Origin: Bacteroidota bacterium | GTDB taxonomy: Bacteria; Bacteroidota; Bacteroidia; UKL13-3 | Reading direction: 5' to 3' | Assembly: GCA_034439655.1 (NCBI GenBank) | Contig: JAWXAU010000091.1 | Span: forward strand, 1,129-65,128 | DNA: 64,000 nucleotides | In this document: in pieces, positions 38,120-48,957 of the stretch | Layout of the letters: each line of letters begins with the position of its first letter | Position numbering within the stretch: the stretch's first letter is position 1 | Position numbers and translations under genes: made by a program | The notes under the pieces: generated by a model | What the model saw: only the letters and a program-made list of their open reading frames with translations | The model's database searches: none | Told to the model about the DNA's origin: nothing

Positions 38120-39892
38120 TTATAATATCTCTGCTCCCACAAATTGCATCTGGTACAAATTATAATACGCTCCATGCTGTTTTAATAAATCTTCATGGGT
38201 GCCACGCTCTATAATACGTCCCTGGTCCATCACCATTATTTCTTGTGCTTTGCGAATCGTACTCAGTCGATGTGCAATCACTATACTGGTGCGGCCTTCC
38301 ATTAATACTGCAATAGCTTTTTGAATCATTTGTTCAGCCACACTATCTATGGAAGAAGTTGCTTCATCCAATATTAATATATCTGGATTGGCAAGCATCG
38401 TGCGTACAAATGCGATGAGCTGTCTTTGACCTGTGCTTAGTGTTGCACCACGCTCGTGCACATGTTCCAAATATCCATTTTGCAAACCTTTAATAAACTC
38501 ATGTATACCTGCAAGTTTGCATGCCTCTTCTACTTTTGCTTGTGATATATTGGTATCAAACAATGTGAGATTATCTAATATAGTTCCTGAAAAAAGATAT
38601 ACATCTTGCATCACCACACTAATGCGTGAACGCAAACATTGTATATCATATTCCTCCACGGGTATATCATCTATGTATATACGGCCTGTATATCCTGTAT
38701 AAAATCGGTTCACCAATCCTATCACCGAAGATTTGCCGGCACCTGTAGCCCCAACTATAGCAAGTGTTCTGCCTGGCAATACTTCAAAACTTATATCATT
38801 CAAAACCGGTTGTCCTTCGTTATAAGAAAACCGCACATTTTCAAATTTTACATGGCCTTCCAATTTATCTTTTATAATAGTTCCTCCTGTTTCAACTACA
38901 TCTTCTTCTTCCAATAATTTGAATATGCGGTCGCCAGCCACCATGCCCATTTGCAAAGTATTAAACCTATCGGCCAACTGACGAATGGGTCTGAAAAATT
39001 GGTTAATGAGCATAATAAAACCTGTAAGCAAGCCTAGTGTAGCATCGTGCGTAGCAAGTGTATTAAACTTTAAACCATACCATACAATTAATGCAGTAGA
39101 AAGTGCGGTGATAATTTCGACCACAGGAAAAAATACCGCATAAGCAAATACGCCTCGATTTTGGGCTGTTCGATGTGCATCATTTATTTTTTCAAATTTT
39201 TGATATTCATTTTTTTGCTGCCCAAATATTTGCACAATCTGCATGCCTTGTATATGTTCTTGCACAAAAGTATTCAGTTGCGTAACTCTAGTTCTTATCT
39301 CATTGAACGAAGCATTGACGGCATTTTTAAATATATAGCCTGCATAAAATAAAAAAGGCAAAACTGTCAAACAAACCAAAGTGAGTTTCCAATCTTTATA
39401 AAACATCAAAGCTAATATAAAAACTATTTGCAACAAGTCGCCCAAAATACTAACGGCACCTTCTGCAAAAACATCGGCCAAAGTCTCAAGGTCACTAATG
39501 GAGCGTGTTACAAGTGTTCCGACTGGAGTTTGATCGAGTTTGGAAAGTTTATAATTGCTGATAAAATTAAATACCCGCACTCTTAAAGTTTTGATCACAT
39601 CTTGTCCCACCACTGCCGTAAAATATCCCTGAATAAATTGCACCGCAGTTTGAAATATCAACAAACCAATCATGAGCATTGTGAGCTGCCAAAGACCTAC
39701 GGAATCTTTTTTTACCACATAATCATCAATTGCAATTTGGGTAAGATGTGCCCGCAACGGATTAAGCATCGACATCAAAATGGTAGCTATAATAGCCGTG
39801 AAAAACAGGCCCCTGTACGGCAAGGCAAGTTTATATATTTTACCGAGCAAGCTCAGGTCGAAGGCTTTTTTATTTTTTTCGAGGGTGGCCAA
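38120..39892 (-). CDS. ABC transporter, fused permease/ATP-binding protein (MsbA-like exporter)
   Basis: 590 aa. Six TM helices, then Walker A GATGAGKSS, the signature LSTGQRQ and Walker B ILILDEATS. Confidence 0.85.
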   Translation of the reverse strand: MATLEKNKKAFDLSLLGKIYKLALPYRGLFFTAIIATILMSMLNPLRAHLTQIAIDDYVVKKDSVGLWQLTMLMIGLLIFQTAVQFIQGYFTAVVGQDVIKTLRVRVFNFISNYKLSKLDQTPVGTLVTRSISDLETLADVFAEGAVSILGDLLQIVFILALMFYKDWKLTLVCLTVLPFLFYAGYIFKNAVNASFNEIRTRVTQLNTFVQEHIQGMQIVQIFGQQKNEYQKFEKINDAHRTAQNRGVFAYAVFFPVVEIITALSTALIVWYGLKFNTLATHDATLGLLTGFIMLINQFFRPIRQLADRFNTLQMGMVAGDRIFKLLEEEDVVETGGTIIKDKLEGHVKFENVRFSYNEGQPVLNDISFEVLPGRTLAIVGATGAGKSSVIGLVNRFYTGYTGRIYIDDIPVEEYDIQCLRSRISVVMQDVYLFSGTILDNLTLFDTNISQAKVEEACKLAGIHEFIKGLQNGYLEHVHERGATLSTGQRQLIAFVRTMLANPDILILDEATSSIDSVAEQMIQKAIAVLMEGRTSIVIAHRLSTIRKAQEIMVMDQGRIIERGTHEDLLKQHGAYYNLYQMQFVGAEIL

Positions 39893-39955
39893 TGCTCTTA
39901 ATGATGTTTGGTTTTGGAATAAAATTAAAAACTTTGCAAAAATCGGTAATTAGAG

Positions 39956-39987
39956 TTGTTTTGGTTTTAGAAAATTGCATATTTTTG
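39956..39987 (+). promoter_or_regulatory. Bacteroidetes sigma-A type promoter for gcvH
   Basis: TTG at 39956-58. Twenty-one nt downstream lies TATTTTTG (TAnnTTTG) at 39980-87, 20 nt upstream of the ATG. Confidence 0.4.
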
Positions 39988-40006
39988 CGGCAAATAATTT
40001 TATATC

Positions 40007-40387
40007 ATGAATTTTCCAGAAAACCTCCGCTATACCACCGACCATGAATGGGTTCTTGTATCTGGCGACATTGCTACTGTAGGCGTTACCGATTTTGCTC
40101 AGCGTGAGTTGGGTGATATTGTGTTTGTCGAAATTGAATCGGCAGGCAAAACTTTGAACCAACATGAAATATTTGGAACCGTAGAAGCGGTGAAAACTGT
40201 TTCGGATTTGTTCATGCCTTTATCAGGCGATGTGATTGAGGTGAACAAAGGTCTTGATACCAATCCTGAATCTATCAATAGCGACCCTTACGGTGCAGGA
40301 TGGATGGTAAAAATAAAAATGAGCAATCCTGCTGAATACGATTCTTTACTTAGCTCAGAGGCATACGCTTCTGCGGTGGGCGTTTAA
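40007..40387 (+). CDS. gcvH: Glycine cleavage system H protein
   Basis: 126 aa. YTTDHEW...VGVTDFAQ...VEAVKTVSD (lipoyl-lysine). Confidence 0.9.
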   Translation: MNFPENLRYTTDHEWVLVSGDIATVGVTDFAQRELGDIVFVEIESAGKTLNQHEIFGTVEAVKTVSDLFMPLSGDVIEVNKGLDTNPESINSDPYGAGWMVKIKMSNPAEYDSLLSSEAYASAVGV

Positions 40388-40414
40388 TAGTATTCAGATT
40401 TATAAAACTGTTTC

Positions 40415-40843
40415 TTGCAAAAAAGAGGCAGCATGAATGCTTATATATTTACTATGAGCAAAACCATGCAATATACAAAAGCTAAACTCTCCATCGTATA
40501 CGTATCGTTGTGGTTTGTGTTCGTATTTGCACTATGCAGTTTTCCGGGCAATCAAATTCCAAATTTCGAATTCCTGAACCAAATCAGTTTTGATAAAATT
40601 ATTCATCTCGGTATGTTTGCTGTGCAAATGGTTTTGGTGCAAAGGGCATTGTATTTAAATAACTTTTCTATAAATATATATATAATACCTATTGCAGAGC
40701 TGCTGATAGTTTGGGGTATCACTTTAGAATACATGCAAACAGTCTTCTTCATCAATCGTTTTGGGGAATGGGTGGATGCAATAGCCAATAGTTTGGGCGT
40801 AATAATTGGCGGATTTATAGCTCATAAATTATATACCAAATGA
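40415..40843 (+). CDS. VanZ-family membrane protein
   Basis: 142 aa. FDKIIHLGMFAV motif and three to four TM helices. Confidence 0.55.
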   Translation: MQKRGSMNAYIFTMSKTMQYTKAKLSIVYVSLWFVFVFALCSFPGNQIPNFEFLNQISFDKIIHLGMFAVQMVLVQRALYLNNFSINIYIIPIAELLIVWGITLEYMQTVFFINRFGEWVDAIANSLGVIIGGFIAHKLYTK

Positions 40844-41358
40844 AATTTACTGAACGCGTTGCCATTGTTTTATTCGTGATTGGATTCATTCTTAAGAGCA
40901 GTCAAGTGCAAGGTGGAGATATCATATTGGTTACCTCCTTGGCAAGTTTGTGCTTACTATATTTCCCTTTGGGCTTTTATAGTTTGAAAAAACCAAACCT
41001 CTCTGTTAAATTTATTTTTCCTTCTATCATATATGGTTTTATTTTATCGACAATGCTAGTGGGTTTGTTTTTTAAACTAATGATATTACCTGGTGGAGAA
41101 GCTTGGCAGGTCATCTGTTCCCCGTTTTGGTTTTTGGCAATTGCTACTATTATATATAAATATTTGAAAGCTACCGATGCCAAACTATATTATAGGAGTA
41201 TCCTGATAAAAAGTATTTTCTTATTGGTACTCAATATCATATTTTATATAGTTCCAGCCGAAAGTATGATAGATTTATTTAATGGAAAAGGAACTCCAGC
41301 AAGCGAGCAAATGAAAGATTACTATCATAGGCTGAAGGATAAGGAAGGGGTTTATTAG
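40840..41358 (+). CDS. Hypothetical polytopic membrane protein
   Basis: 172 aa with ~5 TM helices. Start overlaps the previous stop. Confidence 0.45.
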   Translation: MKFTERVAIVLFVIGFILKSSQVQGGDIILVTSLASLCLLYFPLGFYSLKKPNLSVKFIFPSIIYGFILSTMLVGLFFKLMILPGGEAWQVICSPFWFLAIATIIYKYLKATDAKLYYRSILIKSIFLLVLNIIFYIVPAESMIDLFNGKGTPASEQMKDYYHRLKDKEGVY

Positions 41359-41378
41359 TATCAAGTATCTAGCTCTAT

Positions 41379-41510
41379 CGTCATTCTGATCCCGACTTAT
41401 CGGGATTCAATGCAAAGAATCTCATAAATTTAGATTCGAAAAACAACTATATACTATCGACAGATTCTTCGCCCGAAGCGGGTTCGATAGCAATCGGACT
41501 CAGAATGACG
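41379..41510. repeat. MITE-like element, CGTCATTCTGA family (complete copy)
   Basis: cgtcattctga + hairpin tcccgacttatcgggat ... agattcttcgcccgaagcgggttcgatagc ... ggactcagaatgacg. Perfect 11-bp terminal inverted repeats. Confidence 0.8.
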
Positions 41511-42275
41511 TTACCCCAAAAGCACGCCTGTGGGGCAATGGTCGCTATGCCTTGCATTGGGGTCAATCCATGATTGTTTTATTTTACTTTTTAAACCATC
41601 GCTCACTGCACAATAATCAATACGCCAACCCTTGTTATTGTTTCGGGCATTGGCTCTGAAGCTCCACCAAGTATAGGCATGGGGTTGTGGGTTCAAATGT
41701 CGAAATGAGTCAGTCCATCCGCTGTTAAAATATTGTTCCATCCATTCTCTTTCCTCAGGCAAAAAACCACTGCTCTGTGCATTCCCCTTTGGGTCGTGGA
41801 TGTCGATTGCTCGGTGGCATATATTATAATCGCCGCATACAACCAAATTAGGAATCTGGGTTTTCAAATCTTTTATATATGCTTCAAAAAAGGCCAACCA
41901 TTCCATTTTGAAAGCTTGTCTTTCTTCACTGCTACTGCCTGATGGCATGTACACGCTCATCACCGAAAGATTGTCATAGTCGGCACGGATTACACGGCCT
42001 TCTCGGTCGTACAAAGGATTACCACAACCTATCTCTATATGTTTGGGTTTGTCTTTGCACAATAAAGCTACGCCACTATATCCTTTCTTTTCAGCAGAAT
42101 GAAAGTAGCAGTTATTATAGCCCGCCACCGCAAACAAACTGGTATCTATTTGGTCGGGTTGTGCCTTAGTTTCCTGCAGGCAATATATATCAGCCTGTTC
42201 ACTTTGTATATAATTTGCCAAGCCTTTGCTCACAGCCGAGCGGATGCCGTTTACGTTATAGGTGATGATTTTCAT
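41511..42275 (-). CDS. xth: Exodeoxyribonuclease III
   Basis: 254 aa. MKIITYNVNGIRSA...QETK...D...SDHCP is the EEP nuclease signature. Confidence 0.9.
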   Translation of the reverse strand: MKIITYNVNGIRSAVSKGLANYIQSEQADIYCLQETKAQPDQIDTSLFAVAGYNNCYFHSAEKKGYSGVALLCKDKPKHIEIGCGNPLYDREGRVIRADYDNLSVMSVYMPSGSSSEERQAFKMEWLAFFEAYIKDLKTQIPNLVVCGDYNICHRAIDIHDPKGNAQSSGFLPEEREWMEQYFNSGWTDSFRHLNPQPHAYTWWSFRANARNNNKGWRIDYCAVSDGLKSKIKQSWIDPNARHSDHCPTGVLLG

Positions 42276-42383
42276 TTAATGAATTTATTTGCTGCAAATG
42301 TATAGGTCTTGATTCAAAAATGGGCAGCTCATAAAACAAAGAATTAAAAAATATCGTTAATATTAAAAGTATTATATATAATT

Positions 42384-43487
42384 TTGCAACGCATGCTTTT
42401 AAATATTTTAGAGAAACAAATCTGGGGTAATTCTGTGGAGTCCTACTTGTGGATGTGGGGTATTTTGCTTACTGGTTTCATATTTAAAAAATATTGTGCG
42501 GGTTTTTTGAGTAGGCAGCTTTACCGAACATTTAAAAAGAAAGTTGGAAACAAGCAATACCCTACGGAGTTTGTTAACTTATTGCGTTCGCCCTTCGAAT
42601 TATTACTGCTCGTTATCATTATCATGCTCGCATTCGACCGCATCGATTTACCTGTGGACTGGACTCTCAAGTTTGGTAAAAGCACTTATATCATTGAGCA
42701 GGTTATTGTATCGATAGGGAAATTTATTTTGATTATTGCAATTACGTGGATTGTGCTGCGGAGTGCTGATTTTACCGCGTTTGTATTGCTCGAAGCCGCA
42801 AAATTGCACCACGACTATAATGGGGAGCAAGTGGTGAAGTTTTTCAAGGATATTATTAAAGTTTTTATCGGAATATTCTCGATACTGGTTATTCTGGGCA
42901 GTGTGCTGGGCATGGACATTACTTCCCTCATTACAGGTCTTGGTATAAGCGGTTTGGCTATTGCACTTGCGGCACAAGACACTATAGCAAACTTGATTGG
43001 CTCGATCGTAATATTTCTCGACAAACCCTTTACCGTGGGCGATTTGATTGAGTCAGACAAAATAAAAGGAGTAGTGGAAGAAGTTGGTTTCCGTTCCACC
43101 AAAATTAGGACTATGGAGAAAACATTGCTCACCGTCCCCAATAAAAAATTAGTTGATACCGCTCTCAACAATATTAGCCGAGCAGGCATCAGAAGGGTGA
43201 AAACAATTTTGAACATTGAGGCAAATACTAAACACGATGTTGTAAAACAGCTCATCGATGAAATTAAAAATAAGATTGATCAAAACGGTGAAACCAGCGA
43301 AAACCACCAAGTAACTTTCTCCGATATCATAGATAATAACATACAAATAACCATCGTGTATTTCGTGCTCACCGCCGACCTCGATACCGCCGCCCATGTA
43401 AAGGAGGAGCTCAATTATAAGTTTTTGCATATCATTGAAAAGCTCGGTGTAGTATTGTCAGGAAATATTATAACGACAAAGGAGTGA
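42384..43487 (+). CDS. Mechanosensitive ion channel (MscS family)
   Basis: 367 aa. TM helices, then the MscS beta-domain (PFTVGDLIE...G.VEEVGFRSTKIRT...VPN). Confidence 0.8.
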   Translation: MQRMLLNILEKQIWGNSVESYLWMWGILLTGFIFKKYCAGFLSRQLYRTFKKKVGNKQYPTEFVNLLRSPFELLLLVIIIMLAFDRIDLPVDWTLKFGKSTYIIEQVIVSIGKFILIIAITWIVLRSADFTAFVLLEAAKLHHDYNGEQVVKFFKDIIKVFIGIFSILVILGSVLGMDITSLITGLGISGLAIALAAQDTIANLIGSIVIFLDKPFTVGDLIESDKIKGVVEEVGFRSTKIRTMEKTLLTVPNKKLVDTALNNISRAGIRRVKTILNIEANTKHDVVKQLIDEIKNKIDQNGETSENHQVTFSDIIDNNIQITIVYFVLTADLDTAAHVKEELNYKFLHIIEKLGVVLSGNIITTKE

Positions 43488-43601
43488 AATAATAGCTATT
43501 TTTAGGTTATATTTGTATTGAGCTAACATTAAAATCATTTATTTTTCAGGATTCCTTTGTAAATAGCTGAAATTGTGGTAATTTTGCGGCCTTTTTTATA
43601 T

Positions 43602-45419
43602 ATGTTACAACTCAGAAATATAGCAATAATTGCTCACGTTGACCACGGTAAAACTACTTTGGTTGACAAAATTTTGCATCAGTCTAAATTGTTTCGCGAC
43701 AATCAGGAAACAGGTGATCTTATACTTGATAACAACGATTTGGAGCGTGAACGAGGAATTACCATCTTGGCAAAAAATGTATCGGTACGTTATAAGGACG
43801 TAAAGATAAATATTATTGACACCCCTGGTCACGCCGACTTTGGCGGCGAAGTGGAACGTGTGCTAAACATGGCCGATGGCGTGGTATTATTGGTAGATGC
43901 ATTTGAAGGCCCCATGCCTCAAACCCGCTTCGTGCTAAAGAAAGCTTTGGAGCTCGGCAAAAAAGCCATCCTCGTTATCAATAAAGTGGACAAGCCCAAT
44001 TGCCGCCCCGATGAGGTTCACGATGCCGTCTTCGATTTGTTTTTTAACCTTGATGCCACCGAATCACAATTAGAATTTAAAACAGTTTTTGGTTCTTCAA
44101 AGCAAGGATGGATGGGTCCCGATTGGCAAAATCCTACCGAAGACATTACTTATTTGTTAGATACTATAATAGAGTATTTCCCCGCACCTCTGGTATTAGA
44201 AGGCACTTTGCAAATGCAAGTAACTTCGTTGGATTATTCTACCTATACAGGCCGCATGGCCATTGGACGTTTATTGAGAGGCGACTTGAAACTCAATCAG
44301 AATGTGAGCTTGATGAAACGTGACGGAGTGATACAAAAATCGCGGGTGAAAGAATTATATCTCTTTGAAGGTTTGGGAAAATTGAAGGTGGAAGAAGTAC
44401 AACCCGGTGATATATGTGCAATTTTTGGAATCGAAGGTTTTGAAATTGGTGATACCATTGCCGATTTTGAAAATCCCGAAGCATTGCCACCCATTAAGAT
44501 TGAAGAACCAACAATGAATATGCTCTTCACTATTAACAACTCTCCTTTTTTCGGCAAAGAAGGTAAATTTGTAACATCACGCCACTTACGTGACAGGTTG
44601 GATAAAGAACTTGAAAAAAATCTAGCAATGAGATTGGAAGACACTGGTTCGCCAGACAGCATTCTGGTATTTGGCCGTGGTATTCTCCATTTATCCGTTC
44701 TTATAGAAACTATGCGTCGCGAAGGCTACGAATTGCAGGTAGGGCAACCACAGGTTATTATTAAAGAAATTGACGGTGTGAAATGCGAACCTATCGAAAT
44801 ACTAACTGTAGATGTTCCATTAGAAACCTCGGGCAAAGTAATTGAATTGGTGAGCCAACGTAGAGGCGAAATGAAAATAATGGAACCCAAAGGTGACCTT
44901 ATTCATTTGGAATTTTCTATTCCTTCTCGTGGACTTATAGGTTTGCGAAATATAGTATTAACCGTTACAGCGGGCGAAGCAATTATGGCACACAGACTAG
45001 AAGGTTTCGAGCCTTGGAAGGGTAATATTCCTGGCCGAATAAACGGTGTATTAATTGCCAAAGAAAAAGGAACTGTTACCGCCTATGCCCTGGATAGGCT
45101 TCAAGACCGTGGCGAATTTTTTGTGGGGCCCGGCGATGAAGTATACATGGGAATGATTATCGGCGAACATATCAGACCAAACGACTTGGTCATAAATTTA
45201 ACGGAAGCCAAAAAACAAAGTAATGTGCGTGCATCTGGCAGCGATGATGCTGTTCGCATTGTGCCGAAAACGGTATTCTCTTTGGAAGAATCGATGGAAT
45301 ATATACAAGGCGACGAGTATGTGGAAGTAACTCCAGGTTCGATGAGAATACGTAAAATTTTATTGGACGAAAACGAGCGAAAGCGTGCAAGCAATCAAAA
45401 ACTTGCTGTTACAGTTTAA
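43602..45419 (+). CDS. typA: Translational GTPase TypA/BipA
   Basis: Start is probably the ATG at 43602 (MLQLRNIAIIAHVDHGKTTL). G1-G4 motifs and an EF-G-like domain organisation, with a BipA-type C-terminus. Confidence 0.9.
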   Translation: MLQLRNIAIIAHVDHGKTTLVDKILHQSKLFRDNQETGDLILDNNDLERERGITILAKNVSVRYKDVKINIIDTPGHADFGGEVERVLNMADGVVLLVDAFEGPMPQTRFVLKKALELGKKAILVINKVDKPNCRPDEVHDAVFDLFFNLDATESQLEFKTVFGSSKQGWMGPDWQNPTEDITYLLDTIIEYFPAPLVLEGTLQMQVTSLDYSTYTGRMAIGRLLRGDLKLNQNVSLMKRDGVIQKSRVKELYLFEGLGKLKVEEVQPGDICAIFGIEGFEIGDTIADFENPEALPPIKIEEPTMNMLFTINNSPFFGKEGKFVTSRHLRDRLDKELEKNLAMRLEDTGSPDSILVFGRGILHLSVLIETMRREGYELQVGQPQVIIKEIDGVKCEPIEILTVDVPLETSGKVIELVSQRRGEMKIMEPKGDLIHLEFSIPSRGLIGLRNIVLTVTAGEAIMAHRLEGFEPWKGNIPGRINGVLIAKEKGTVTAYALDRLQDRGEFFVGPGDEVYMGMIIGEHIRPNDLVINLTEAKKQSNVRASGSDDAVRIVPKTVFSLEESMEYIQGDEYVEVTPGSMRIRKILLDENERKRASNQKLAVTV

Positions 45420-45467
45420 TAATAAGTAATACATTTGCAGGCAGTATTATACCTCTTGCAAGGTTCA

Positions 45468-45542
45468 CGTCATTGCGAGGAACGAAGCAATCTCGTAAAT
45501 ATTTAGGAGATTGCTTTAGTCGTGCCTCCCTCGCAATGACGG
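45468..45542. repeat. Palindromic element, GTCATTGCGAGG variant
   Basis: cgtcattgcgaggaacgaagcaatctc ... gagattgctttagtcgtgcctccctcgcaatgacgg. Nested inverted repeats. Confidence 0.7.
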
Positions 45543-45569
45543 TGGGGCTTTGAAGAGGCCGTATCATGT

Positions 45570-46601
45570 ATGCCTCAAACTACCATTCCAAAACAACGCA
45601 TCATTTGGCCTGACAACCTCAGAGCCTTGGCTACAGTAGCTGTAGTGGTGCTTCATGTTTCCAGTTCTATATTATATGAATGGGGCAAAGTATCTTCTTC
45701 CGATTGGTGGACAGGAAATATATATGATTCTTTAGTTCGCTGGTGTGTCCCAGTTTTTTTGATGGTGACGGGTGCGTTGCTCATTCCAAAACAAGATACT
45801 TTTGCTGAAATTATAGCAAACAGAATTGGGAAACTCATCGTGCCTTTTGCCTTTTGGAGTTTGATATATTTGATTAATTCGCTCTACATACAAATAATTC
45901 AAGATAATGAGATGAGCATTTCTCAATGTTTTGTATATATCGCCAAAAGCCTTTACCATGGCACGTCTTATCACTTATGGTATATCTATGTTCTGCTGGG
46001 AATATATTTACTTTTGCCTACTATATCCAAAAATTTAAACCTTTTATCTGATAAGAATTTATTATATATTATACTTCTTTGGATGCTGATATTATGTCTG
46101 AATTATATACCAAGTTTGCATTTTAAACCCTTGGCATTTGTGGGATATGTAGGCTATGCTGTTTTTGGTTTTTATTTATTTAAAGTGTCCATCAATAATA
46201 TAATGGCTTTTCTAATGTTGGCGGCAGGTTTAGCCATCACTGCTTATGGCACGTTTTACTTATCAAATCAGCAAAAAGGTTTCAATGAAATGTTATACAA
46301 TTATAATACGCCGCATATTGCAATTATGGCAGCAGGAGTTTTCATATTGGCAAAAAATGAGACGAAAAATTATAATAATAAATGGTTTGTGAAAATCAGA
46401 AATGTTATAGCACAAAAAAGTTTGGGGGTCTATTTAATACATGTACTTATTTTAGAAATCTTAAACAAGTTCGGAATAGATTGGTTTTACCTGGAACCTT
46501 TACTGAGCATACCATTTACAGCTATGGTTTGTTTAATTATATCAACTACAATAGTATATTATGGAAGTAAATCTCAAGTTGGAAAATATATATTTGGATG
46601 A
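45570..46601 (+). CDS. Acyltransferase 3 family membrane protein
   Basis: 343 aa with ~10 TM helices. The N-terminal segment LRALATVAVVVLH..W matches the acyl_transf_3 family. Confidence 0.65.
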   Translation: MPQTTIPKQRIIWPDNLRALATVAVVVLHVSSSILYEWGKVSSSDWWTGNIYDSLVRWCVPVFLMVTGALLIPKQDTFAEIIANRIGKLIVPFAFWSLIYLINSLYIQIIQDNEMSISQCFVYIAKSLYHGTSYHLWYIYVLLGIYLLLPTISKNLNLLSDKNLLYIILLWMLILCLNYIPSLHFKPLAFVGYVGYAVFGFYLFKVSINNIMAFLMLAAGLAITAYGTFYLSNQQKGFNEMLYNYNTPHIAIMAAGVFILAKNETKNYNNKWFVKIRNVIAQKSLGVYLIHVLILEILNKFGIDWFYLEPLLSIPFTAMVCLIISTTIVYYGSKSQVGKYIFG

Positions 46602-46870
46602 ATTTTTTTCGTCATACTGTTCGCCGCGGCGAATCGTCAATAGGTAGTACCGACACTCAATATATAATAGTCCAAAAGAAAGGGACTAAATATAGTAGTT
46701 CGGCATTACCATTCTACAAACTAAATCCGCCACAGGCGGAGAACTATTATAGTTTAAGAATTGGTATAATTATTATATTACCAATAATTAAAAGACGAGG
46801 CGAAGAATCTGCTGGGGAAGTAAGCATCTTCCAACCAAAACAGATTCTTCGCAGTAAAGCAATTTTCATA
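46602..46870. repeat. Composite repeat cluster: GTCATACTG/TTCGCCGCGGCGAA unit + 85-bp element copy B (46669..46753) + CGAAGAATCTG hairpin (46796..46856)
   Basis: The 85-bp copy B is the reverse complement of 14088..14172 (~90% identity). gcgaagaatctg ... cagattcttcgc are inverted arms. The ORFs called here (46598..47002 etc.) are repeat translations. Confidence 0.7.
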
Positions 46871-46886
46871 ATGGCGGGAATATATC

Positions 46887-47468
46887 CTATTTCTGCGAAT
46901 CCATTCCCTCCAAAAAACACCTGCGGCAACGCGGTTCATATAAATCTTTTTCACCCAAAACAACAAGGCCACCTTCGTTTTTTTTTCGATACGAATGCAT
47001 AGCAATATCTCCACATTGCACACAGATGGCGTGTACCTTGGTTACATAATCGGCAATTGCCATAAGGTTGGGCATTGGGCCAAAGGGTTTTCCCAAATAG
47101 TCCATGTCGAGCCCTGCAACTATTACACGGAGACCGCTGTGGGCAAGCTGCTCACAAACTTCTACCAAACCCATATCGAAAAATTGGGCCTCATCAATTC
47201 CAACAACACTTGCTTCACGAACCAATAATAATATATTACCCGAAGCGGGCACGGGCGTAGACATAATTGCATTTGCATCGTGCGACACTACTTGCTGTTC
47301 ATCGTAACGAGTATCGATGGCTGGTTTAAATATCTCGGTTTTCTGATTGGCGATTTTTGCCCGTTTCAATCTGCGAATAAGTTCTTCGGTTTTGCCCGAG
47401 AACATACTTCCGCAAACAACTTCTATCCATCCTTTTCCGTGGTTTCCATATTTGGGTTCTATAAACAT
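46887..47468 (-). CDS. tdk: Thymidine kinase
   Basis: 193 aa. P-loop [14 protein letters not shown] and a C-terminal zinc ribbon (CxxC...C..C). Confidence 0.9.
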   Translation of the reverse strand: MFIEPKYGNHGKGWIEVVCGSMFSGKTEELIRRLKRAKIANQKTEIFKPAIDTRYDEQQVVSHDANAIMSTPVPASGNILLLVREASVVGIDEAQFFDMGLVEVCEQLAHSGLRVIVAGLDMDYLGKPFGPMPNLMAIADYVTKVHAICVQCGDIAMHSYRKKNEGGLVVLGEKDLYEPRCRRCFLEGMDSQK

Positions 47469-47488
47469 TTCGGTACAAAAGTAATGAT

Positions 47489-48388
47489 TTATTTACGTAA
47501 TAATAAATTTGAAAACAGTAAAAATGGGACTTCAACTATATCATTTTCAATATTCAAAAACAAAGACTTTTTTGCAATCAAATAATGCGTTTTATAATTA
47601 ATAATTTTACTTTGATCAATAGTCATGTGCTTGCTTTTATATAGTTTATGAGCAAAGTGGAATACCGTATCTGTTTTGTTAACAAGGGACTGTGTGGTAG
47701 TTTGATAGACACCATTGGTGTCAGAAATATAATAACCCTCCTTGCTAAAATTAATAAAATGATTGTTTTTTAAATTCAATTTCTTGAGCAAACGTCCATT
47801 CAAATCAAAATTATATATTATATTTTTTTCATCGAACATTAAAATGCTTTGACCATTATCATATAATATTTTCACTTGCAGTTTATCGCCCGTAGTTTGT
47901 TCTAGGTTATTGGTCTGTTTGATAATTTCACCCTTGCCATTAAATTTGATAATTTTTTTCAGGTTGGCATCGAACAACAAAAATTCATTGTCATAACTTT
48001 TTGCAAATGCAGAATAATTTTGCCCCAAAGTGTTCAAATCTATCTGGAACTTAAAAGTAAGGTTATTATCTGTTACCAAAACTATATTGTCATCTGCATA
48101 AAAAACACTGATATCGAAAGGATTTGAAGCATCGATAATTGATGCTGCCCCAAAACTTTTAAAATGCTGTGTGACCAATATTTTTAAACTACTGTCATAC
48201 TTTAAAATATCACTATTGGCATTTATACTATAATAGTTCCCATTTGCACCTTCCACCAATTGTTTGCAGTTTTTCAATAACACCATACTATCTAGCTGCT
48301 GAGCCGCAATAGGATTTGCAAGCACCATCGCAAAACAAAGAACCAATAAGATTTGATATTTTTGAATTATTTTCATATTTGTTTGCAA
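47489..48388 (-). CDS. Hypothetical secreted protein
   Basis: 299 aa with a signal peptide. No domain assignment. Confidence 0.45.
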   Translation of the reverse strand: MQTNMKIIQKYQILLVLCFAMVLANPIAAQQLDSMVLLKNCKQLVEGANGNYYSINANSDILKYDSSLKILVTQHFKSFGAASIIDASNPFDISVFYADDNIVLVTDNNLTFKFQIDLNTLGQNYSAFAKSYDNEFLLFDANLKKIIKFNGKGEIIKQTNNLEQTTGDKLQVKILYDNGQSILMFDEKNIIYNFDLNGRLLKKLNLKNNHFINFSKEGYYISDTNGVYQTTTQSLVNKTDTVFHFAHKLYKSKHMTIDQSKIINYKTHYLIAKKSLFLNIENDIVEVPFLLFSNLLLRK

Positions 48389-48435
48389 AAATCCTTTTTG
48401 TTACGCAATTTTGACCTGATCTTAATAGAACCAAT

Positions 48436-48939
48436 ATGCAAAGTAACAACATAATACTTTTATTGCTTATCACTTTTTGTTTTTCTTGCAAAAACAATAC
48501 AGAAGAAACGTATAAACCAAAAGAAACCAATTTTAAACTCTCAACTTTTAGCTGGCTGCGTGGTACTTGGGTGGGTAACTCAGCTAAAGACTCTACCTCG
48601 TTTACCGAGTCGTGGGCTACCGACAGTAATGGGAATTGGGCTGGTAGAGGCTTAATGCTTTTTGGAAAAGATACTGTGAACGAGACCATCGGCATATACA
48701 AAGAAGAAGATCGCGTTTATTATACTGCCAAAGTGGAGGGACAAAACTATGGAGGAACTACTCGTTTTCTATTAAGTGATACAGCTAATGGGCAGTATGT
48801 GTTTAGTGACGACGAGCATGATTTTCCGCAGGTTATTATATACAAACAGACTTCGCCAAATAATTTTGAAGCTACGCTAAAAGGAATAAAGCATGGAAGA
48901 TTTCAAACAAATATATATAAGTTTGAACGGAAGAATTGA
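48436..48939 (+). CDS. Hypothetical lipoprotein
   Basis: 167 aa. Lipobox LLITFCFSC. Confidence 0.45.
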   Translation: MQSNNIILLLLITFCFSCKNNTEETYKPKETNFKLSTFSWLRGTWVGNSAKDSTSFTESWATDSNGNWAGRGLMLFGKDTVNETIGIYKEEDRVYYTAKVEGQNYGGTTRFLLSDTANGQYVFSDDEHDFPQVIIYKQTSPNNFEATLKGIKHGRFQTNIYKFERKN

Positions 48940-48957
48940 TTCCTTATCATATTTTAC

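Noticed and set aside
46598-47023. ORFs 46598..47002, 46747..46929 and 46778..47023 between the acyltransferase and tdk
   Set aside because: They read through the MITE/repeat cluster and into the antisense of tdk. Repeat-derived peptides (e.g. RRGEESAGE) recur at other repeat copies. Not genes.
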